NCBI GenBank assembly: GCA_963663765.2
Contig: CAXXUA010000003.1
Location: forward strand, 46,042-110,041
DNA from: Candidatus Poribacteria bacterium
GTDB taxonomy: Bacteria; Poribacteria; WGA-4E; WGA-3G
Reading direction: 5' to 3'
DNA: 64,000 nt
Shown piece by piece: positions 28,394 to 37,460 of the stretch. The notes beneath the pieces are model-generated. The model ran no database searches. It was not told where the DNA came from and worked only from the letters and a program-made list of their open reading frames with translations. Positions within the stretch are counted from its first letter, which is position 1, and each line of letters opens with the position of its first letter. The position numbers were made by a program, and so were the translations under genes.

Positions 28394-30925
28394 ATGTCAA
28401 ACAACTTTCTGTCAAAATTGTTCCTTATCACCATCATCTTCCTCATCACCATCACACACGCAACAGCACACCAAACTACCAACAACGACACAACCCACGC
28501 AACAGATTACTTCAACCACATCACCCTCTACGCCGATGGCAGAATCACACGTTTCACACAGATGCCAATTCAGGTTTACATCTCACCATCCATAAAAGAG
28601 AGTGCCTACCTACCAGAACTCCGATACGCAATGCAAGAATGGGAAACAGCATCTGATAATCTAATCAAATTCAAAGAAACCGATACACACGATAACGCAG
28701 ACATTCATGTCAATGCAGGTGAAAATAGCATGGCAACCTACTTTGATATGCGACTCGGAAGCGCAGAATTGACGCGCCATAGGGATAGCACACAAGTTGT
28801 ATTCTCACCCGAACCAACTGAAAACGAAGGAGATACACCAGCAGAATCTGATGGAGAGGAACAACCTTCAGACAACACAAATGCTATTGATTTTACCGTA
28901 GAGATTATTCTGATACCAGAAGGGGATGGTGCCGTTAGTGATGAATTGCAGAAAGAGATGCGGACGGTGTCTCTACATGAATTTGGACACGCACTCGGTT
29001 TATGGGGGCATAGTCCTTTCAAAGACGATGTTAACTACACAAAAGCAACTGCACAACAACCCTCCAAACGCGACGCAGACACGTTAATCAAACTCTATAA
29101 CACACCTTTGAATACATCTCAGCATGATGTCGCTATAAATCTGCTAAAAATGGAAATTGAAGCGAAACCGAACCATCCGCTTTACCATTACCGCCTTGGA
29201 GCAGTCTACTATGACAAAGGCAACATGGAATTAGCATTGCAAAGTATACAGGAATGTCTCAGACTTGACCCCAAATTTAACACAGCATCACAGAAACTCT
29301 TACAAATCTATGATAACACCGGGCAGCAAACACTCGCAATTGACCTGCTGGAGAAAAACCTTGACCAACCAGATAAAGAAAAAACCCAGCAAGAAACCTC
29401 TATAGCATATAACCATCTCGGTGTACTACACTATCAAAAAAACAACATAGATAAAGCAATCCAAGCATTTGAAAAGGCTTTAGAACTCTCACCTCACAAC
29501 AAAACCACAAAACGCAATCTGCATCAAATCTTTCTTGAAAGAACATTCAAATCCCTGAAAACAAAAGCCTATGAAACTGCTGAAACCTATGCCAAAAAAG
29601 CCATTGAACTTGAGCCGAAAGACACAACTGCCTATAAGTATTTAGGTTCCGGATATTCTCAATTAGGGAAGTATACAAAAGCGATTGAATACTACCAAAA
29701 AGCACTTAAGATTCAACCTACCGATCAGTTGACGCAGAAAAACCTCGCAAATAGTTATGTCGGATATGGCATAACATTGAAAGATCAGATGAAATGGGAT
29801 GAAGCTATCTCCGCCTACAAGCAAGCACTCAAAATAGAACCGACCCTCCAAGTTGCAACCACAAACTTGACTGATGCTTATTGGAAAAAGGCAAACGCAC
29901 ATCGTGCTTCGGGAAACATTGACCAAGCTATTGACGCTTACGACGAATTGAAAAAAATGCATCCCAATGAACCCGACCTATACAGCCTTCTCGGTGATTT
30001 ATACCTCAAAAAAAGGAAATTTCAATCCTCTTTATCTGCATTCCAAATGGCTTCTACCCTAAAACCTGATGATCCACAGGCACAGCAAAACGTCATCGCA
30101 GTATATCTACAATACGCACAGCACCTAATAAATATAAAAGACTATAATACCGGAATTGAAAAACTTGTTAATGGTGTTGAGGAATTTCCAGACGATCTAA
30201 AGTTGCGACTGATCCTATCACAAGCATATCAGAATACAAACAAATTTGATAAAGCAAAAACCGAATTGGAATATATACTGACGAAACAACCTGGACATCC
30301 ACAAGCAGAAGCTGCCCTGTTTAACATGCAGGTGCGACGTGGAAACGAACTCATGCAACAAAAGAAATACAGCGAATCTGTTGCAGCATTTGAAGGTATT
30401 CCAGAATCCAAAAAAACCACAGATATCCACAATATGATCGGCTATCTCTATATCATGAAGTCCGACCACTTGAAAGCGTTAGCAGCTTTTGAAACTACGC
30501 TTGCCAAAGAACCTCAAAACAATGTCGCCTATCAGAACTTGCAAGCACTTGAATCAAGATTTGTTGTTCAACTTGAAAAATTGTCACCGCCAAAGAAAGA
30601 ACTAACAGAAGGTGAAACAACGGCAAAAACTCAACCGAATGTAGCAAACAAACCTAAAATTGATGCGGTTAAGACAAAGTTGCTTCATATACAATGTTCA
30701 CTGTCAATCTGTCTACTCAATCGTGGAAACCCCAAAAACGCGTTAGCAAAATTCGAACAGGCATTGAAAAATAATCCTAATAAACCTGAACTACAGAAAC
30801 TCCTGATTGATACAGGTAGAAAACTTGCTAACATATACCAGTCGCGGAATGACATCCAAAAACGCGATAAAGTCAAACAATTAATTCAACCGTTAGAAAG
30901 CAGCTTTGATGAATTAAAGAAATAA
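28394..30925 (+). CDS. secreted metzincin-like zinc protease fused to a long TPR array
   Basis: Signal/TM segment MSNNFLSKLFLITIIFLITI. Zinc motif HEFGHALGLWGH (HExxHxxGxxH). More than 10 TPR-like repeats follow. The track start at 28298 lies inside the promoter. Confidence 0.8.
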   Translation: MSNNFLSKLFLITIIFLITITHATAHQTTNNDTTHATDYFNHITLYADGRITRFTQMPIQVYISPSIKESAYLPELRYAMQEWETASDNLIKFKETDTHDNADIHVNAGENSMATYFDMRLGSAELTRHRDSTQVVFSPEPTENEGDTPAESDGEEQPSDNTNAIDFTVEIILIPEGDGAVSDELQKEMRTVSLHEFGHALGLWGHSPFKDDVNYTKATAQQPSKRDADTLIKLYNTPLNTSQHDVAINLLKMEIEAKPNHPLYHYRLGAVYYDKGNMELALQSIQECLRLDPKFNTASQKLLQIYDNTGQQTLAIDLLEKNLDQPDKEKTQQETSIAYNHLGVLHYQKNNIDKAIQAFEKALELSPHNKTTKRNLHQIFLERTFKSLKTKAYETAETYAKKAIELEPKDTTAYKYLGSGYSQLGKYTKAIEYYQKALKIQPTDQLTQKNLANSYVGYGITLKDQMKWDEAISAYKQALKIEPTLQVATTNLTDAYWKKANAHRASGNIDQAIDAYDELKKMHPNEPDLYSLLGDLYLKKRKFQSSLSAFQMASTLKPDDPQAQQNVIAVYLQYAQHLINIKDYNTGIEKLVNGVEEFPDDLKLRLILSQAYQNTNKFDKAKTELEYILTKQPGHPQAEAALFNMQVRRGNELMQQKKYSESVAAFEGIPESKKTTDIHNMIGYLYIMKSDHLKALAAFETTLAKEPQNNVAYQNLQALESRFVVQLEKLSPPKKELTEGETTAKTQPNVANKPKIDAVKTKLLHIQCSLSICLLNRGNPKNALAKFEQALKNNPNKPELQKLLIDTGRKLANIYQSRNDIQKRDKVKQLIQPLESSFDELKK

Positions 30926-31143
30926 TTGACGCTTATGATTTAGCGAATTACGTGATTCAGGCAATATAAATGTAAAAAACTTTACACTCCCAAACGATAT
31001 TGGATATGTATTAGAAATGTATTGTTCCACCCCCCAGACAACTTGGAAATAAACATTCATCATGCACTATAATATTAACATTACAACAAAAAGCAAGAAC
31101 CACAATCAAATTCATAAAAAACTTGACACACACATTTTATATG

Positions 31144-31303
31144 TTATACCATTTTCATGTGATAATGTCTCATTATCAGCGGAAATCTGGTAGGAGCGAC
31201 CTCCCGGTCGCGACCGGGAGGTCGCTCCTACCGAAGAGAGTAACCCCCTGCCAGTAAACAGTAGAATTCCTTAATGAGACAAGATTTATTTGAATTGGTA
31301 TTA
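31144..31303. mobile_element. MITE-like element family A, copy with perfect 44-bp palindrome
   Basis: TIRs ttataccattttcatgtgataatgtctcatta / taatgagacaagatttatttgaattggtatta. The palindrome ggtaggagcgacctcccggtcgcgaccgggaggtcgctcctacc lies at 31189-31232. Confidence 0.8.
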
Positions 31304-31770
31304 CAATACATATTGCACTATAAACATATAACAAAATATAAATGCAAACTTATGAAACTGACACATCAAAATCACAAAAATACAACAAATTTCAAAATGT
31401 TACACTTTTCTGAAAAATATATTTTAAAATTCGGAAAATCACAAATAAAAAGCCTGTTATCCCTTGCTACTACTGGGTTTACAGCAAACTTTTAAATGTT
31501 TCCAAAAAAACGAAAAAAGTGTCCATTTGAAAACATTTTAAGAAAATTCGCCTATTAAAATACCAAAAAATAACACACTCTATTTTGAATGCTACTGAAC
31601 CTTTATATCTGTAGTACAAATTGAATGAAGATGATAAAATATTTTGATATTCCATATTTAACGCTTGTCCATGCAATCCGACCTGAAACTGGTGTCTTAT
31701 CCGCGAAATCTGTGTAATCCGCGTAATCCGCGATTCTGAACCCAAATCCGCGAAATCTGTGTAATCCGCG

Positions 31771-34700
31771 ATGCCGAATAACGAAAACGAACAACCCGTG
31801 AATACCCTAAGAAAACTATATATCATCACAATTCTCATCTTCTCCCATGTCTCAATTCAATCTGCCATCGCATTCCAACAGATGAAGTCATACACCGTAG
31901 CAGATGGACTATTAGATGCTGTCGTCCCCGTTATATTCCAGGATAGTCGTGGGATGCTCTGGTTCGGTTCTGAGCATGGCGGTGTGAGTCGTTTTGATGG
32001 GAAAACGATTGTTGCATTCGGTGCAACCTCACAGAACTTCTATGGCAGAACACAAAAGATCGTTGAAGATAGATGGGGACATATCTGGTTTCTAAGCAAA
32101 AACCCATCTCAAGAAACAGGAGTCATCATCAGATATAACGGGGATACATTTGAGCATTATGATAATGGCAACTGTCTTACTGTTGACACAGAAGGAAATA
32201 TTTGGGTCGGGAGTCAAAACAGCATCACCCGATTTACTGCAACAAGTAGTCAAGATATACCGAAAGGACTCCAACTTGACATCAGCAACACCTCTGATGC
32301 AAAGATAAACGCTATATTTCAAAGTCAAGATAGTACAATATGGGTCGGTGGAAATGACGCACAAGGAGTCTTTATCGTCTCTCTTCAAGGCAACATCATT
32401 GAGGGAAAAGCTGTAGACCTAAATCGGTTTGACAACATACCGACTCTTCCCAATGACCTTGCCGTTGATGCCATCACCCAGGATTCAGATGGACACCTCT
32501 GGTTTGCCGGAAAATCACTACTACTCCGTTTTGATGGTAACCAATTTGAACAGATTAGAGATACTCACGAAAACAAGAATGTCCAACAAGCACCTGATAA
32601 AATAGATAATGGTGCAGCATCCGTTAAAAGTGATAAACAAGGAAGGATATGGTATAGCGACAATAAAAAACTACGTTGGAGCGACGGTAAAAAACTCACC
32701 AGGTTAAAAAATCTCAGTCTGGAAGCAAATCAAGACCCCTATCTACAAGGCACTTTTGGCACTGAAGACGCAATGGGGAGACTTTGGTTTGCAAGCAACA
32801 TCGGCGTGCATCTATACGAAAACAACGATAATCCAAACGACGGTATAAACAATTCTCAATTAGAATCTCTCCTTACGGGTTCAACACAAGTAACACACAG
32901 AATATTTCAAGTCAATCATGGACTTGGTAGTAATAACATTTTCACTATCTTTGAAGCGATGGATGGAACACTCTGGTTTGGTCATGACAACGGAGTAACT
33001 GCATTGCAACCGCAACCAGCAATTGTGCAATACGGAACGCGTTCTATTTTAGGCAGCAGCAACGTTAAACTAATGTTTCCAGATAGCATTGGCACACTCT
33101 GGCTCAGCATTCCTGGTGGTATTGCCCGATATGTACCAAAAGACGATGAACTCTATAAATACCCGTTAGCAGAAATCGATTTTGCAGACAATAGACATAG
33201 AAGTACTCAGAGAACAAATAGACCTACAGAAATAGTTAAGATATGTGAGATAGATGGAGATATCTGGTTATTGGATAAACCAATTCAACACCAAGATGGA
33301 TTTTCTTTATACAGAATATTCCGCTATAGAAATGGCTCGTTTGAGGAACTTTCTATTCAAATCGCCGCTAACATCGATCTTGATGGACAACCCATTTTCA
33401 GCAACCCAGGTCCGTTTCTATCTTCAGGTGCAGAACCGTGGATAGCATTAAACGGATGGCTTTTCCTTCCAAGAAAAAACGGATTGTACCAAATCTTACC
33501 AGATGGAAACACAAAAAGATTGGTTTTTGAAACAAGAACTTCTTTACCATCCGCATCAGATACAATCTCATATATACATTCGGACAACCAAAACCGATTA
33601 TGGTGCTATTTTGAAAAAGGTGAAGTGAAACGGTATACAAATATCCGCAATAACAACACACAACCTATTGGCAGAATTCACGATGAAATCCTACGGATAG
33701 GTTCAGTTATTCCCATTCCAAACATACCTACAGACAACTCTATAAAGTGGTTGTACAATACCGAAAGTAAGAAACTAATATATTGGAAAAACCTTGATAT
33801 AACAAGACCAGCAATTGAACTACCAAATGCGTTTGTCGACCCGCCGTTATTGGCTGTGCAAACTGTTACTGTTTCCTCAGAACTTCAGCAGAAAAACAAT
33901 GAAAATAATCCAACGACTTTTGTTTTCCAAGATGGTATTAAGACTTATGACGGTATTACATTACTAAATGAAGTTTCCACTGAAATCGGTAAGCTCAACA
34001 GTTCACTCGTTGCAACTGATGGAATACTCTGGTTAGCCACATCCAAAGGCTCAATCCAATATAACGGAAAAGGGGTTACAACTTACACAAAAAATGATGG
34101 TTTCATTGTTGATGATTTGCGGGATGTAAAGGAAGATGACTGGGGTAATATCTGGTTCGCAACATTGGGTGGCGGTCTGATACGATACAATGGGGATACG
34201 TTTGAATCTATCACGACTAAAGACGGTCTTATTCATAACAACGTATCAAGTATTCATGTCTCAAATGAAGAAGACCTATGGTTTGGAACCGAAGGTGGAG
34301 CTACACAATATCGGGTCAGTCGTGGGGCACTTCCATTCTGTCGTATCATCTCTGTTCATACTGGAAAATCAAACACACAAACTATTAGGATGGAATCCCA
34401 TAAAACCACTGATATTACTGAACTTCTCCCAGCAGGACTCAACCATTTGACTGTCCGTTTTCAAGGGATCAACCCACTCGGAGGAGACGTAACCTACAAA
34501 TTTAGACTCATTGGCATAGACAACAACGAATGGACAACTGTTTCTCCTGACATCAAACAAGATATTTCTACATCATTTAAAGGTAGGGTTGTACAATATT
34601 ATCAACCACCAAAACATGAAACATCAAAAGGGTTACCACAAATTCGTTTTGAAGGTTTGAAATCAGGAAATTACGCTTTTCTAATTACAGCATATCGCGA

Positions 34701-35643
34701 AGGTTGGCAATATGCACAACAACCCGCAATATTGAACTTCACTATCGACAAACCAATCTGGACAAAATGGCGTTCTTATCTCCCCTATACCATCTTATTC
34801 ATAACAGTGGGTTCTTTGCTATTTAGACTCATCATCAACCGAAGACAAACAGCACGATTACGACTTGAAATGCGCGAAAAAGAAGAAACCGAAATGAAAC
34901 GTATCCGAGATGAACTGAGCGAAGCACAAAATATACAGATGGGACTATTACCGACTGAAGTACCACATTCACAAGTATTTGACTTCGCAGGAAAATCCAT
35001 ACCAGCAACACAAGTCGGGGGAGACTTCTACGATTACTTGACTGTCGCAAACGGACATACGGCTATCGCTGTAGCAGACGCAGCGGGAAAAGGCATTAGG
35101 GGTGCAATGAGTGCTGTACTCACAAATGGAATGCTGTATGAAGTCGTACGCATCAAAACGGAAGCACATCACATACTGCAGGAACTCAATGATGGAATAG
35201 CTCCACGTATACACGGACGCAATTTTATTGCACTAAACTTGGCAATACTCAACGAAACAGAAAAAACAGTTAACTACGCAAATGGCGGGCAACCTTATCC
35301 TATTCTCAAAAGAGGAACAAACATTACTGAAATTGATTGCAGCGATCTACCTCTTGGCAGTATGAAAAATGTTGAATATGATTCTGTAACTTTTGATTTA
35401 GAGGAAGGTGATTTTCTTATATTACATTCGGATGGTGTGATTGAAGCACTCAATTCTGACCAAGAAATGTACGGTGTAGAACGGCTATTAGAACTAACTT
35501 CACGCATCCCTAACGAATGCAGTGCTGAAGAAGTGTTACAACGTATCGTAGATGATGTCCGAGTCTTTGTTCAGAACGCAGAACAATACGATGATTTAAC
35601 ACTTGTCGTTGTAAAATGTACGGAACCTATGCACCAACGGTAG
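31771..35643 (+). CDS. membrane sensor: periplasmic beta-propeller/Y_Y_Y region + TM + cytoplasmic PP2C (SpoIIE-type) phosphatase
   Basis: 1290 aa. Repeated G.LWFGT..GG propeller blades, a TM segment YLPYTILFITVGSLLF, a coiled coil, then the SpoIIE motifs GGDFYDY and ADAAGKGIRGA. Confidence 0.75.
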   Translation: MPNNENEQPVNTLRKLYIITILIFSHVSIQSAIAFQQMKSYTVADGLLDAVVPVIFQDSRGMLWFGSEHGGVSRFDGKTIVAFGATSQNFYGRTQKIVEDRWGHIWFLSKNPSQETGVIIRYNGDTFEHYDNGNCLTVDTEGNIWVGSQNSITRFTATSSQDIPKGLQLDISNTSDAKINAIFQSQDSTIWVGGNDAQGVFIVSLQGNIIEGKAVDLNRFDNIPTLPNDLAVDAITQDSDGHLWFAGKSLLLRFDGNQFEQIRDTHENKNVQQAPDKIDNGAASVKSDKQGRIWYSDNKKLRWSDGKKLTRLKNLSLEANQDPYLQGTFGTEDAMGRLWFASNIGVHLYENNDNPNDGINNSQLESLLTGSTQVTHRIFQVNHGLGSNNIFTIFEAMDGTLWFGHDNGVTALQPQPAIVQYGTRSILGSSNVKLMFPDSIGTLWLSIPGGIARYVPKDDELYKYPLAEIDFADNRHRSTQRTNRPTEIVKICEIDGDIWLLDKPIQHQDGFSLYRIFRYRNGSFEELSIQIAANIDLDGQPIFSNPGPFLSSGAEPWIALNGWLFLPRKNGLYQILPDGNTKRLVFETRTSLPSASDTISYIHSDNQNRLWCYFEKGEVKRYTNIRNNNTQPIGRIHDEILRIGSVIPIPNIPTDNSIKWLYNTESKKLIYWKNLDITRPAIELPNAFVDPPLLAVQTVTVSSELQQKNNENNPTTFVFQDGIKTYDGITLLNEVSTEIGKLNSSLVATDGILWLATSKGSIQYNGKGVTTYTKNDGFIVDDLRDVKEDDWGNIWFATLGGGLIRYNGDTFESITTKDGLIHNNVSSIHVSNEEDLWFGTEGGATQYRVSRGALPFCRIISVHTGKSNTQTIRMESHKTTDITELLPAGLNHLTVRFQGINPLGGDVTYKFRLIGIDNNEWTTVSPDIKQDISTSFKGRVVQYYQPPKHETSKGLPQIRFEGLKSGNYAFLITAYREGWQYAQQPAILNFTIDKPIWTKWRSYLPYTILFITVGSLLFRLIINRRQTARLRLEMREKEETEMKRIRDELSEAQNIQMGLLPTEVPHSQVFDFAGKSIPATQVGGDFYDYLTVANGHTAIAVADAAGKGIRGAMSAVLTNGMLYEVVRIKTEAHHILQELNDGIAPRIHGRNFIALNLAILNETEKTVNYANGGQPYPILKRGTNITEIDCSDLPLGSMKNVEYDSVTFDLEEGDFLILHSDGVIEALNSDQEMYGVERLLELTSRIPNECSAEEVLQRIVDDVRVFVQNAEQYDDLTLVVVKCTEPMHQR

Positions 35644-35750
35644 GCGGGGAATGCCTACAGAAGCATGCGCGTGTGGCATGCTCCATGATTCATACCGTTG
35701 ATTTCTTGATTTGGCGCTGGTATATCAAGTACAACAGTTCTCCCCCGCTG

Positions 35751-36127
35751 GTATGCGTGCTTTGTAAGCGCGCCCCCCTACTGCCCCCCACGCAGGCGTG
35801 CTTTGTAAGCGCGCCGATTTTTTGGCAAGCGTTCTCCCAAACTGTAGGCGTGCTTTGTAAGCGTGCTCCGTTCTCCCAAAAACTGTAGGCGTGCTTTGTA
35901 AGCGCGCCGATTTTTTGGCAGGCGTGCTTTGCGAGCGTGCTCCCAAACTGCAGGCGTGCTTTGTAAGCGCGCTCCGTCTCCCAAAAACTGCAGGCGTGCT
36001 TTGTAAGCGTGCTCCGTTCTCCCAAACTGTAGGCGTGCTTTGTAAGCGTGCTCCGTTCTCCCAAAAACTGCAGGCGTGCTTGTAAGCGCGCCGATTTTTT
36101 TTTTGGCAAGCGTTCTCCCAAACTGCA
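35751..36127. repeat. array of 9 copies of the 21-bp hairpin core ggcgtgctttgtaagcgcgcc (variable 33-48-bp spacing)
   Basis: Cores near 35755, 35794, 35838, 35886, 35920, 35951, 35993, 36038 and 36071. The array is interrupted at 36127/36128 by a MITE. Confidence 0.9.
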
Positions 36128-36555
36128 CAGGGTTATTCAGTTTTCAATATTTTTGATAATATTTTACTATGTCGTTGATTTTATGTGTTGCCATCTTGTC
36201 CATGTCTTTAGTCCCGTAGGGACGATATGTTTATAGAAACATGTTATCTATCCCTCTTGAGTTCCGTAGGAACGACATAGAAGAATAAACATATCGTCCC
36301 TACCAAATCAACGCCAAATGCGCGTGTGGCATTTGGCGGGACTAAAGAGCTGGGGCGTGTATTCGTTTTCTATAAACATATCGTCCCTACCAAATCAACG
36401 CCAAATGCGCGTGTGGCATTTGGCGGGACTAAAGACCGATGTTCAGGTTTCAATAATCTAAAATTGATGTATAAGGTGCAGTTAGGAAACTGCATTTGGG
36501 TATTAACTTTCAGTAAATCAAAATAACAGAAAACTTTTAAAACTGAATAACCCTG
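36128..36555. mobile_element. MITE family B, complete copy with perfect 9-bp target-site duplication
   Basis: TIRs cagggttattcagtttt / aaaactgaataaccctg. The 9-mer caaactgca is present at 36119-36127 and again at 36556-36564. The flanks join to restore the host array unit. Confidence 0.85.
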
Positions 36556-37360
36556 CAAACTGCAGGCGTGCTTTGTAAGCGCGCCGATTTTTTTGCAAGC
36601 GTTCTCCCAAACTGTAGGCGTGCTTTGTAAGCGCGCCGATTTTATGGTAGGCGTTCTCCCAAACTGTAGGCGTGCTTTGTAAGCGCGCCGATTTTATGGT
36701 AGGCGTTCTCCCAAACTGTAGGCGTGCTTTGTAAGCGCGCCGATTTTATGGTAGGCGCGCTTACAAAGCACGCCTGCAGGGGAATGGGGGGATGGCGCGC
36801 TTACAAAGCACGCCTGCAGGGGAATGGGGGGATGGCGCGCTTACAAAGCATGCCTGCAGGGGAGGGCGGGGATGGCGCGCTTACAAAGCACGCCTGCAGG
36901 GGAGGGCGGGGATGGCGCGCTTACAAAGCACGCCTGCAGGGGAGGGCGGGGATGGCGCGCTTACAAAGCACGCCTGCAGGGGAGGGCGGGGATGGCGCGC
37001 TTACAAAGCACGCCTGCAGGGGAGGGCGGGGATGGCGCGCTTACAAAGCACGCCTGCAAAAGGGATAAGAGGGGCGCGCTTGAAAAGCACGCCTGCAGTT
37101 ATAGGGGCAGTTGAGGGGCGCGCTTGAAAAGCACGCCTGCAGTTATAGGGGCAGTTGGGGGGCGCGCTTACAAAGCACGCCTGCAGTTATAGGGGGCAGT
37201 TGGGGGGCGCGCGGACAAAGCACGCCTGCAGTGGGGGGCGGGGATGGCGCGCTTACAAAGCACGCCTGCAGTTGGGGGTGCAGGTGGGGGGCGCGCTTAC
37301 AAAGCACGCCTGCAGGGGAGGGCAGGTGGGGGGCGCGCGGACAAAGCACGCATACCAGGG
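36556..37360. repeat. continuation of the core array (4 copies), then orientation flip at ~36752 into ~15 inverted-orientation copies (8 at an exact 40-bp period)
   Basis: ggcgcgcttacaaagcacgcctgcagg occurs at 36755, 36795, ... 37035 (40-bp period). Further copies at 38-46-bp spacing run to ~37355. The spacers are G-rich. Confidence 0.9.
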
Positions 37361-37460
37361 TGAGTTAAATAGAAATACCGATTCTATTTATTAATCTTCA
37401 TATAGCATTCACACCGTTGATTCGGTGAGATCCTGGTTCAGACAAGGAAGACATGACGAT

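Noticed and set aside
35690-37394. Track ORFs inside repeat arrays
   Set aside because: Affected ORFs: 25768..26064, 26037..26341, 26436..26654, 35616..36236, 36724..37394, 57464..58327, 12729..12950 and 36326..36558. They are open in several frames on both strands only because of the tandem repeats. They encode low-complexity, periodically repeating peptides (ALTKHACSWGARLQSTPA...) and have no RBS.
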